Of a stretch of DNA of 64,000 nucleotides, positions 44,680-60,099 are shown one piece after another; the stretch's first letter is position 1; the number at the start of each line of letters is the position of its first letter. The notes under the pieces are model-generated. The model was not told the origin of the DNA. It made no database searches and worked only from the letters and a program-made list of their open reading frames with translations. The DNA comes from the human T2T-CHM13v2.0 reference genome, Homo sapiens. Location: NCBI RefSeq assembly GCF_009914755.1, contig NC_060946.1; one strand, given 5' to 3'. The position numbers and the translations under genes were made by a program.

Positions 44680-47600
44680 TCAAAGTACCCAAGATATATA
44701 TTCTATACTGTACAAAAAATATCAAAGTACCCAAAGCATGTATTATATACTGTACATAAAATATGAAAGTACATCAAATATATATTTTATTCTGTACATA
44801 AAATATCAAAGTACACCAGATATATGTTCTATAGTGTACATAAAATAACAAAGTACAAAAACTATAAATTATATACTGTACATAAAATATGAAATTACAC
44901 CAAATATATATTAGGTACATAAAATATGAAAGTACATCAAATATAGATTATATACTGTACATATAATATCAATGTACCCCAAAAATATATTTTATACTCT
45001 ACATGAAATATCAAAGTTCACAAACCATATATTATATACTGTACATAAAATATCAAATTACACAAAGTATATATTCTATACTGTTCAAAAAATATCAAAG
45101 TACCCAAAGCATGTATTATATACTGTACATAAAATATGAAAGTACATCAAATATATATTTTATTCTGTACATAAAATATCAAAGTGCACCAGATATATAT
45201 TACATAGTGTACATAAAATATCAAAGTACCCAAACTATACATTATATACTGTACATAAAATATGAAATTACATCAAATATATATTATATTAGCTACATAA
45301 AATATGAAAGTACATCAAATATAGATTATATACTGTACATTAAATACCAAATTACCCCAAATATATATTTTATACTGTACATGAAATATCAAAGTTCACA
45401 AACTATATATTATATACTGTACATAAAATATCAAAGCACCCAAGGTATATATTCTATACTGTACAAAAAATATCAAAGTACCCAAAGCATGTATTATATA
45501 CTGTACATAAAATATGAAAGTACATCAAATATATATTTTATTCTGTACATAAAATACCAAAGTACACCAGATATATATTCTATAGTGTACATAAAATAAC
45601 AAAGTACACAAACTATAAATTATATACTGTACATAAAATATGAAATTACACCAAATATATATTAGGTACATAAAATATGAAAGTACATCAAATATAGATT
45701 ATATACTGTACATATAATATCAATGTACCCCAAATATATATTTTATACTCTACATGAAATATCAAAGTTCACAAACCAGATATTATATACTGTACATAAA
45801 ATATCAAAGTACACAAGGTATATATTCTATACTGTTCAAAAAATATCAAAGTACCCAAAGCATGTATTATATACTGTACATAAAATATGAAAGTACATCA
45901 AATATATATTTTATTCTGTACATAAAATATCAAAGTGCACCGGATATATATTACATAGTGTACATAAAATATCAAAGTACCCAAACTATACATTATATAC
46001 TGTACATAAAATATGAAATTACATCAAATATATATTATATTAGGTACATAAAATATGAAAGTACATCAAATATAGATTATATACTGTACATTAAATACCA
46101 AAGTACCCCAAATATATATTTTATACTGTACATGGAATATCAAAGTTCACACACTATATATTATATACTGTACATAAAATATCAAAGTACCCAAGGTATA
46201 TATTTTATACTGTACAAAAAATATCAAAGTACCCAAAGCATGTATTATATACTGTACATAAAATATGAAAGTACATCAAATATATATTTTATTCCGTACA
46301 TAAAATATCAAAGTACACCAGATATATATTCTATAGTGTACATAAAATATCAAAGTACCCAAACTATACATTATATACTGTACATAAAATATAAAATTAC
46401 ATCAAATATATATTATATTAGGTACATAAAATATGAAAGTACATCAAATATAGATTATATACTGTACATAAAATATCAAAGTACCCCAAATATATATTAT
46501 ATACTCTACATGAAATATCAAAGTTCACAAACTATATATTATATACTGTACATAAAATAAAGTACCCAAGGTACATATTCTATACTGTACAAAAAATATC
46601 AAAGTACCCAAAACATGTATTATATACTGTACATAAAATATGAAAATACATCAAATATATATTTTATTCTGTACATAAAATATCAAAGTACACCAGATAT
46701 GTATTCTATAGTGTACATAAAATATCAAAGTACCCAAACTATACATTATATACTGTACATAAAATATGAAATTACATCAAATATATATTATATTAGGTAC
46801 ATAAAATATGAACGTACATCAAATATAGATTATATACTGCACATAAAATATCAAAGTACACCAAATATATATTATATACTCTACATGAAATATCAAAGTT
46901 CACAAACTATATATTTTATACTGTACATAAAATATCAAAATAACCAAGGTATATATTCTATACTGCACAAAAAATATCAAAGTACCCAAAGCATGTATTA
47001 TATACTGTATATAAAATATGAAAGTACATCAAATATATATTTTATTCTGTACATATAATATCAAAGTACACCAGATATATATTCTATAGTGTACATAAAA
47101 TAACAAAGTACACAAACTATAAATTATATACTGTACATAAAATATGAAATTACATCAAATATATATTAGGTACATAAAATATGAAAGTACATCAAATATA
47201 GATTATATACTGTACATATAATATCAATGTACCCCAAATATATATTTTGTACTCTACATGAAATATCAAAGTTCACAAACCATATATTATATACTGTACA
47301 TAAAATATCAAAGTACCCAAGGTATATATTCTATACTGTACAAAAAATATCAAAGTACCCAAAGCATGTATTATATACTGTATATAAAATATGAAAGTAC
47401 ATCAAATATATATTAGGTACATAAAATATGAAAGTACATCAAATATAGATTATATACTGTACATAAAATATCAAAGTACCCCAAATATATATTATATACT
47501 CTACATGAAATATCAAAGTTCACAAACTATATATTATATACTGTACATAAAATATAAAAGTACCCACGGTATATATTCTATATTGTACAAAAAATATCAA

Positions 47601-49470
47601 AGTACCCAAAGCATGTATTATATACTGTACATAAAATATGAAAGTACATCAAATATATATTTTATTCTGTACATAAAATATCAACGTACACCAGATATAT
47701 ATTCTATAGTGTACATAAAATATCAAAGTACCCAAACTATACATTATATACTGTACATAAAATATGAAATTACATCAAATATATATTATATTAGGTACAT
47801 AAAATATGAAAGTACATCAAATATAGATTATATACTGTACATAAAATATCAAAGTACCCCAAATATATATTATATACTCTACATGAAATATCAAAGTTCA
47901 CAAACTATATATTATATACTGTACATAAAATATCAAAGTACCCAAGGTATATATTCTATACTGTACAAAAAATATCAAAGTACCCAAAGCATGTATTATA
48001 AACTGTACCTAAAATATGAAAGTACATCAAATATATATTTTATTCTGTACATAAAATATCAAAGTACACCAGATATATATTCTATAGTGTACATAAAATA
48101 TCAAAATACCCAAACTATACATTATATGCTGTACATAAAATATGAAATTACATCAAATATATATTATATTAGGTACATAAAATATGAAAGTACATCAAAT
48201 ATAGATTATATACTGTACATAAAATATCAAAGTACCCCAAATATATATTATATACTCTACATGAAATATCAAAGTTCACAAACTATATATTATATACTGT
48301 ACATAAAATATCAAAGTACCCAAGATATATATTCTATACTGTACAAAAAATATCAAAGTACCCAAAGCATGTATTATATACTGTACATAAAATATGAAAG
48401 TACATCAAATATATATTTTATTCTGTACATAAAATATCAAAGTACACCAGATATATGTTCTATAGTGTACATAAAATAACAAAGTATAAAAACTATAAAT
48501 TATATACTGTACATAAAATATGAAATTACACCAAATATATATTAGGTACATAAAATATGAAAGTACATCAAATATAGATTATATACTGTACATATAATAT
48601 CAATGTACCCCAAATATATATTTTATACTCTACATGAAATATCAAAGTTCACAAACCATATATTATATACTGTACATAAAATATCAAAGTACCCAAAGTA
48701 TATATTCTATACTGTTCAAAAAATATCAAAGTACCCAAAGCATGTATTATATACTGTACATAAAATATGAAAGTACATCAAATATATATTTTATTCTGTA
48801 CATAAAATATCAAAGTACACCAGATATATATTACATAGTGTACATAAAATATCAAAGTACCCAAACTATACATTATATACTGTACATAAAATATGAAATT
48901 ACATCAAATATATATTATATTAGGTACATAAAATATGAAAGTACATCAAATATAGATTATATACTGTACATTAAATACCAAAGTACCCCAAATATATATT
49001 TTATACTGTATATGGAATATCAAAGTTCACACACTATATATTATATACTGTACATAAAATATCAAAGTACCCAAGGTATATATTTTATACTGTACAAAAA
49101 ATATCAAAGTACCCAAAGCATGTATTATATACTGTACATAAAATATGAAAGTACATCAAATATATATTTAATTCCGTACATAAAATATCAAAGTACACCA
49201 GATATATACTCTATAGTGTACATAAAATATCAAAGTACCCAAACTATACATTATATACTGTACATAAAATATAAAATTACATCAAATATATATTATATTA
49301 GGTACATAAAATATGAAAGTACATCAAATATAGATTATATACTGTACATAAAATATCAAAGTACCCCAAATATATATTATATACTCTACATGAAATATCA
49401 AAGTTCACAAACTATATATTATATACTGTACATAAAATAAAGTACCCAAGGTACATATTCTATACTGTAC
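44680..49470. repeat. Duplication with offsets 3631/2880 bp, containing a local 751-bp tandem duplication
   Basis: ORF ends 44848/48479 are offset 3631, starts 45754/48634 are offset 2880, and 45003/45754 are offset 751. Shared variants are ATATGTTCT, TTACACC, CTGTTCAAA, TTACATAGTG, ATTCCGTAC and AAAATAAAGTACCCAAGGTACAT. Confidence 0.88.
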
Positions 49471-52400
49471 AAAAAATATCAAAGTACCCAAAGCATGTAT
49501 TATATACTGTACATAAAATATGAAAGTACATCAAATATATATTTTATTCTGTACATAAAATATCAAAGTACACCAGATATATATTCTATAGTGTACGTAA
49601 AATATCAAAGTACCCAAACTATACATTATATACTGTACATAAAATATGAAATTACATCATATATATATTAGGTACATAAAATATGAAAGTACATCAAATA
49701 TAGATTATATACTGTACATAAAATATCAAAGTACCCCAAATATATATTATATACTCTACATGAAATATCAAAGTTCACAAACTATATATTATATACTGTA
49801 CATAAAATATCAAAGTACCCAAGGTATATATTCTATAATGTACAAAAAATATCAAAGTACCCAAAGCATGTATTATATACTGTATATAAAATATGAAAGT
49901 ACATCAAATATATATTTTATTCTGCACATAAAATATCAAAATACACCAGATATATATTCTATAGTGTACATAAAATAACAAAGTACACAAACTATACATT
50001 ATATACTGTACATAAAAGATGAAATTACATCAAATATATATTAGGTACATAAAATATGAAAGTACATCAAATATAGATTATATACTGTACATATAATATC
50101 AATGTTCCCCAAATATATATTTTATACTCTACATGAAATATCAAAGTTCACAAACTATATATTATATACTGTACATATAATATCAAAGTACCCAAGGTAT
50201 ATATTCTATACTGTACAAAAAATAACAAAGTACCCAAAGCATGTATTATATACTGTACATAAAATATGAAAGTACATCAAATATATATTTTATTCTGTAC
50301 ATAATATATCAAAGTACACCAGATATGTATTCTATAGTGTACATAAAATATCAAAGTACCCAAACTATACATTATATACTGTACATAAAATATGAAATTA
50401 CATCAAATATATATTATATTAGGTACATAAAATATGAAAGTACATCAAATATAGATTATATACTTTACATAAAATATCAAAGTTCACAAAGTTTATATTA
50501 TATACTGTACATAAAATATCAAAGTACCCAAGGTATATATTCTATACTGTACAAAAAATATCAAAGTACCCAAAGCATGTATTATATACTGTATATAAAA
50601 TATGAAAGTACATCAAATATATATTTTATTCTGCACATAAAATATCAAAATACACCAGATATATATTCTATAGTGTACATAAAATAACAAAGTACACAAA
50701 CTATACATTATATACTGTACATAAAATATGAAATTACATCAAATATATATTAGGTACATAAAATATGAAAGTACATCAAATATAGATTATATACTGTACA
50801 TATAATATCAACGTACCCCAAATATATATTTTATACTCTACATGAACTATCAAAGTTCACAAACCATACATTATATACTGTACATAAAATATCAAAGTAC
50901 CCAAGGTATATATTCTATACTGTACAAAAAATATCAAAGTACCCAAAGCATGTATTATATACTGTACATAAAATATGAAAGTACATCAAATATATATTTT
51001 ATTCTGTACATAAAATATCAAATTACACCAGATATATATACTATAGTGTACTTAAAATATCACAGTACCCAAACTATACATTATATACTGTACATAAAAT
51101 ATGAAATTACATAAAATATATATTATATTAGGTACATAAAATATGAAATTACATAAAATATATATTATATTAGGTACATAAAATATGAAAGTACATCAAA
51201 TATAGATTATATACTGTACATTAAATACCAAAGTACCCCAAATAGATATTTTATACTGTATATGAAATATCAAACTTCACAAACTATATATTATATACTG
51301 TACATAAAATATCAAAGTACCCAAGGTATATCTTCTATACTGTACAAAAGATATCAAAGTACCCAAAGCATGTATTATATACTGTACATAAAATATGAAA
51401 GTACATCAAATATATATTTTATTCTATACATAATATATCAAAGTACACCAGATATATATTCTATAGTGTACATAAAATATAAAAGTACCGAAACTATTTA
51501 TTATATACTGTACATAAAATATGAAATTATATCAAATATATATTATATTAGGTACATAAAATATGAAAGTACATCAAATATAGATTGTATACTGTACATT
51601 AAATACCAAAGTACCCCAAATATATATTTTATACTGTACATGAAATATCAAAGTTCACAAACTCTATATTATATACTGTACATAAAATATCAAAGTACCC
51701 AAGGTATATATTCTATACTGTACAAAAAATATCAAAGTACCCAAAGCATGTATTATATACTGGACATAAAATATGAAAGTACATCAAATATATATTTTAT
51801 TCTGTACATAAAATATCAAAGTACACCAGATATATATTCTATAGTGTACATAAAATAACAAAGTACACAAACTATACATTATATAATGTACATAAAATAT
51901 GAAATTACATCATATATATATTAGGTACATAAAATATGAAAGTACATCAAATATAGATTATATATTGTACATAAAATATCAAAGTACCCCAAATATATAC
52001 TATATACTCTACATGAAATATCAAAGTTCACAAACTATATATTATATACTGTACATAAAATATCAAAGTACCCAAGGTATATATTCTATACTGTACAAAA
52101 AATATCAAAGTACCCAAAGCATGTATTATATACTGTATATAAAATATGAAAGTACATCAAATATATATTTTATTCTGCACATAAAATATCAAAATACACC
52201 AGATATATATTCTATAGTGTACATAAAATAACAAAGTACACAAACTATACATATATACTGTACATAAAATATGAAATTACATCAAATATATATTAGGTAC
52301 ATAAAATATGAAAGTACATCAAATATAGATTATATACTGTACATATAATATCAATGTACCCCAAATATATATTTTATACTCTACATGAAATATCAAAGTT

Positions 52401-55400
52401 CACAAACTATATATTATATACTGTACATATAATATCAAAGTACCCAAGGTATATATTCTATACTGTACAAAAAATAACAAAGTACCAAAAGCATGTATTA
52501 TATACTGTACCTAAAATATGAAAATACATAAAATATATATTTTATTCTGTACATAAAATATCAAAGTACACCAGATATATATTCTATAGTGTACATAAAA
52601 TATCAAAGTACCCAAACTATACATTATATACTGTACATAAAATATGAAATTACATCAAATATATATTATATTAGGTACATAAAATTTGAAAGTACATCAA
52701 ATATAGATTATATACTGCACATAAAATATCAAAGTACCCCAAATATATATTATATACTCTACATGAAATATCAAACTTCACAAACTATATATTATATACT
52801 GTACATAAAATATCAAAGTACCCAAGGTTTATATTCTATACTGTACAAAAAATATCAAAGTACCCAAAGCATGTATTATATACTGTATATAAAATATGAA
52901 AGTACATTAAATATATATTTTATTCTGTACATAAAGTATCAAAGTACACCAGATATATATTCTATAGTGTACATAAAATTACAAAGTACACAAACTATAC
53001 ACTATATACTGTACATAAAATATGAAATTACATCAAATATATATTAGGTACATAAAATATGAAAGTACATCAAATACAGATTATATACTGTACATATAAT
53101 ATCAACGTACCCCAAATATATATTTTATACTCTACATGAACTATCAAAGTTCACAAACCATACATTATATACTGTATATAAAATATCAAAGTACCCAAGG
53201 TATATATTCTATACTGTACAAAAAATATCAAAGTACCCAAAGCATGTATTATATACTGTACATAAAATATGAAACTACATCAAATATATATTTTATTCTG
53301 TACATAAAATATCAAATTACACCAGATATATATACTATAGTGTACTTAAAATATCACAGTACCCAAACTATACATTATATACTGTACATAAAATATGAAA
53401 TTACATAAAATATATATTATATTAGGTACATAAAATATGAAATTACATAAAATATATATTATATTAGGTACATAAAATATGAAAGTACATCAAATATAGA
53501 TTATATACTGTACATTAAATACCAAAGTACCCCAAATATATATTTTATACTGTATATGAAATATCAAACTTCACAAACTATATATTATATACTGTATATA
53601 AAATATCAAAGTACCCAAGGTATATCTTCTATACTGTACAAAAGATATCAAAGTACCCAAAGCATGTATTATATACTGTACATAAAATATGAAAGTACAT
53701 CAAATATATATTTTATTCTGTACATAAAATATCAAAGTACACCAGATATATATTCTATAGTGTACATAAAATATAAAAGTACCGAAACTATTTATTATAT
53801 ACTGTACATAAAATATGAAATTACATCAAATATATATTATATTAGGTACATAAAATATGAAAGTACATCAAATATAGATTATATGCTGTACATAAAATAT
53901 CAAAGTACCCCAAATATATATTACTCTACATGAAATATCAAAGTTCACAAACTATATATTATATACTGTACATAAAATAAAGTACCCAAGGTACATATTC
54001 TATACTGTACAAAAAATATCAAAGTACCCAAAGCATGTATTTTATACTGTACATAAAATATGAAAGTACATCAAATATATATTTTATTCTGTACATAAAA
54101 TATCAAAGTACACCAGATATATATTCTATAGTGTACGTAAAATATCAAAGTACCCAAACTATACATTATATACTGTACATAAAATATGAAATTACATCAT
54201 ATATATATTAGGTACATAAAATATGAAAGTACATCAAATATAGATTATATACTGTACATAAAATATCAAAGTACCCCAAATATATATTATATACTCTACA
54301 TGAAATATCAAAGTTCACAAACTATATATTATATACTGTACATAAAATATCAAAGTACCCAAGGTATATATTCTATAATGTACAAAAAATATCAAAGTAC
54401 CCAAAGCATGTATTATATACTGTATATAAAATATGAAAGTACATCAAATATATATTTTATTCTGCACATAAAATATCAAAATACACCAGATATATATTCT
54501 ATAGTGTACATAAAATAACAAAGTACACAAACTATACATTATATACTGTACATAAAAGATGAAATTACATCAAATATATATTAGGTACATAAAATATGAA
54601 AGTACATCAAATATAGATTATATACTGTACATATAATATCAATGTTCCCCAAATATATATTTTATACTCTACATGAAATATCAAAGTTCACAAACTATAT
54701 ATTATATACTGTACATATAATATCAAAGTACCCAAGGTATATATTCTATACTGTACAAAAAATAACAAAGTACCCAAAGCATGTATTATATACTGTACAT
54801 AAAATATGAAAGTACATCAAATATATATTTTATTCTGTACATAATATATCAAAGTACACCAGATATGTATTCTATAGTGTACATAAAATATCAAAGTACC
54901 CAAACTATACATTATATACTGTACATAAAATATGAAATTACATCAAATATATATTATATTAGGTACATAAAATATGAAAGTACATCAAATATAGATTATA
55001 TACTTTACATAAAATATCAAAGTTCACAAAGTTTATATTATATACTGTACATAAAATATCAAAGTACCCAAGGTATATATTCTATACTGTACAAAAAATA
55101 TCAAAGTACCCAAAGCATGTATTATATACTGTATATAAAATATGAAAGTACATCAAATATATATTTTATTCTGCACATAAAATATCAAAATACACCAGAT
55201 ATATATTCTATAGTGTACATAAAATAACAAAGTACACAAACTATACATTATATACTGTACATAAAATATGAAATTACATCAAATATATATTAGGTACATA
55301 AAATATGAAATTACATCAAATATAGATTATATACTGTACATATAATATCAACGTACCCCAAATATATATTTTATACTCTACATGAACTATCAAAGTTCAC

Positions 55401-58400
55401 AAACCATACATTATATACTGTACATAAAATATCAAAGTACCCAAGGTATATATTCTATACTGTACAAAAAATATCAAAGTACCCAAAGCATGTATTATAT
55501 ACTGTACATAAAATATGAAAGTACATCAAATATATATTTTATTCTGTACATAAAATATCAAATTACACCAGATATATATACTATAGTGTACTTAAAATAT
55601 CACAGTACCCAAACTATACATTATATACTGTACATAAAATATGAAATTACATAAAATATATATTATATTAGGTACATAAAATATGAAATTACATAAAATA
55701 TATATTATATTAGGTACATAAAATATGAAAGTACATCAAATATAGATTATATACTGTACATTAAATACCAAAGTACCCCAAATAGATATTTTATACTGTA
55801 TATGAAATATCAAACTTCACAAACTATATATTATATACTGTACATAAAATATCAAAGTACCCAAGGTATATCTTCTATACTGTACAAAAGATATCAAAGT
55901 ACCCAAAGCATGTATTATATACTGTACATAAAATATGAAAGTACATCAAATATATATTTTATTCTATACATAATATATCAAAGTACACCAGATATATATT
56001 CTATAGTGTACATAAAATATAAAAGTACCGAAACTATTTATTATATACTGTACATAAAATATGAAATTATATCAAATATATATTATATTAGGTACATAAA
56101 ATATGAAAGTACATCAAATATAGATTGTATACTGTACATTAAATACCAAAGTACCCCAAATATATATTTTATACTGTACATGAAATATCAAAGTTCACAA
56201 ACTCTATATTATATACTGTACATAAAATATCAAAGTACCCAAGGTATATATTCTATACTGTACAAAAAATATCAAAGTACCCAAAGCATGTATTATATAC
56301 TGGACATAAAATATGAAAGTACATCAAATATATATTTTATTCTGTACATAAAATATCAAAGTACACCAGATATATATTCTATAGTGTACATAAAATAACA
56401 AAGTACACAAACTATACATTATATAATGTACATAAAATATGAAATTACATCATATATATATTAGGTACATAAAATATGAAAGTACATCAAATATAGATTA
56501 TATATTGTACATAAAATATCAAAGTACCCCAAATATATACTATATACTCTACATGAAATATCAAAGTTCACAAACTATATATTATATACTGTACATAAAA
56601 TATCAAAGTACCCAAGGTATATATTCTATACTGTACAAAAAATATCAAAGTACCCAAAGCATGTATTATATACTGTATATAAAATATGAAAGTACATCAA
56701 ATATATATTTTATTCTGCACATAAAATATCAAAATACACCAGATATATATTCTATAGTGTACATAAAATAACAAAGTACACAAACTATACATATATACTG
56801 TACATAAAATATGAAATTACATCAAATATATATTAGGTACATAAAATATGAAAGTACATCAAATATAGATTATATACTGTACATATAATATCAATGTACC
56901 CCAAATATATATTTTATACTCTACATGAAATATCAAAGTTCACAAACTATATATTATATACTGTACATATAATATCAAAGTACCCAAGGTATATATTCTA
57001 TACTGTACAAAAAATAACAAAGTACCAAAAGCATGTATTATATACTGTACCTAAAATATGAAAATACATCAAATATATATTTTATTCTGTACATAAAATA
57101 TCAAAGTACACCAGATATATATTCTATAGTGTACATAAAATATCAAAGTACCCAAACTATACATTATATACTGTACATAAAATATGAAATTACATCAAAT
57201 ATATATTATATTAGGTACATAAAATTTGAAAGTACATCAAATATAGATTATATACTGCACATAAAATATCAAAGTACCCCAAATATATATTATATACTCT
57301 ACATGAAATATCAAACTTCACAAACTATATATTATATACTGTACATAAAATATCAAAGTACCCAAGGTTTATATTCTATACTGTACAAAAAATATCAAAG
57401 TACCCAAAGCATGTATTATATACTGTATATAAAATATGAAAGTACATTAAATATATATTTTATTCTGTACATAAAGTATCAAAGTACACCAGATATATAT
57501 TCTATAGTGTACATAAAATTACAAAGTACACAAACTATACACTATATACTGTACATAAAATATGAAATTACATCAAATATATATTAGGTACATAAAATAT
57601 GAAAGTACATCAAATACAGATTATATACTGTACATATAATATCAACGTACCCCAAATATATATTTTATACTCTACATGAACTATCAAAGTTCACAAACCA
57701 TACATTATATACTGTATATAAAATATCAAAGTACCCAAGGTATATATTCTATACTGTACAAAAAATATCAAAGTACCCAAAGCATGTATTATATACTGTA
57801 CATAAAATATGAAACTACATCAAATATATATTTTATTCTGTACATAAAATATCAAATTACACCAGATATATATACTATAGTGTACTTAAAATATCACAGT
57901 ACCCAAACTATACATTATATACTGTACATAAAATATGAAATTACATAAAATATATATTATATTAGGTACATAAAATATGAAATTACATAAAATATATATT
58001 ATATTAGGTACATAAAATATGAAAGTACATCAAATATAGATTATATACTGTACATTAAATACCAAAGTACCCCAAATATATATTTTATACTGTATATGAA
58101 ATATCAAACTTCACAAACTATATATTATATACTGTATATAAAATATCAAAGTACCCAAGGTATATCTTCTATACTGTACAAAAGATATCAAAGTACCCAA
58201 AGCATGTATTATATACTGTACATAAAATATGAAAGTACATCAAATATATATTTTATTCTGTACATAAAATATCAAAGTACACCAGATATATATTCTATAG
58301 TGTACATAAAATATAAAAGTACCGAAACTATTTATTATATACTGTACATAAAATATGAAATTACATCAAATATATATTATATTAGGTACATAAAATATGA

Positions 58401-58630
58401 AAGTACATCAAATATAGATTATATGCTGTACATAAAATATCAAAGTACCCCAAATATATATTACTCTACATGAAATATCAAAGTTCACAAACTATATATT
58501 ATATACTGTACATAAAATAAAGTACCCAAGGTACATATTCTATACTGTACAAAAAATATCAAAGTACCCAAAGCATGTATTTTATACTGTACATAAAATA
58601 TGAAAGTACATCAAATATATATTTTATTCT
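49383..58630. repeat. Near-perfect 4540-bp (12-unit) tandem duplication
   Basis: Identical ORFs 49646/54186, 50241/54781, 50842/55382, 51262/55802, 51899/56439, 53136/57676 and 53556/58096 are all offset 4540. By eye I found only three mismatches (about 49502/54042, 50771/55311, 52530/57070). Confidence 0.95.
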
Positions 58631-60099
58631 TTACATAAAATATCAAAGTACACCAGATATATATTCTATAGTGTACATAATATATCAAAGTACCCAAACT
58701 ATACATTATATACTGTACATAAAATATGAAATTACATCAAATATATATTATATTAGGTACAGAAAATATGAAAGTACATCAAATATAGATTATATACTGT
58801 ACATAAAATATCAAAGTACCCCAAATATATATTATATACTGTACATGAAATATCAAAGTTCACAAACTATATATTATATACTGTACATAAAATATCAAAG
58901 TACCCAAGGTATATATTCTATACTGTACAAAAAATATCAAAGTACCCAAAGCATGTATTATATACTGTACATAAAATATGAAAGTACATCAAATATATAT
59001 TTTATTCTGTACATAATATATCAAAGTACACCAGATATGTATTCTATAGTGTACATAAAATATCAAAGTACCCAAACTATACATTATATACTGTACATAA
59101 AATATGAAATTACATCAAATATATATTATATTAGGTACATAAAATATGAAAGTACATCAAATATAGATTATATACTGTACATAAAATATCAAAGTTCACA
59201 AAGTTTATATTATATACTGTACATAAAATATCAAAGTACCCAAGGTATATATTCTATACTGTACAAAAAATATCAAAGTACCCAAAGCATGTATTATATA
59301 CTGTATATAAAATATGAAAGTACATCAAATATATATTTTATTCTGCACATAAAATATCAAAATACACCAGATATATATTCTATAGTGTACATAAAATAAC
59401 AAAGTACACAAACTATACATTATATACTGTACATAAAATATGAAATTACATCAAATATATATTAGGTACATAAAATATGAAAGTACATCAAATATAGATT
59501 ATATACTGTACATATAATATCAATGTACCCCAAATATATATTTTATACTCTACATGAAATATCAAAGTTCACAAACCATATATTATATACTGTACATAAA
59601 ATAACAAAGTACCCAAGGTATATATTCTATACTGTACAAAAAATATCAAAGTACCCAAAGCATGTATTATATACTGTACATAAAATATGAAAGTACATCA
59701 AATATATATTTTATTCTGTACATAAAATATGAAGTACACCAGATATATATTCTATAGTGTACATAAAATATCAAAGTACCCAAACTATACATTATATACT
59801 GTACATAATATATGAAATTACATCAAATATATTTTATATTAGGTACATAAAATATGAAAGTACATCAAATATAGATTATATACTGTACATTAAATACCAA
59901 AGTACCCCAAATATATATTTTATACTGTACATGAAATATCAAAGTTCACAAACTATATATTATATACTGTACATGTAATATCAAAGTACCCGAGGTATAT
60001 ATTCTATACTGTACAAAAAATAACAAAGTACCAAAAGCATGTATTATATACTGTACCTAAAATATGAAAGTACATCAAATATATATTTTATTCTGTACA

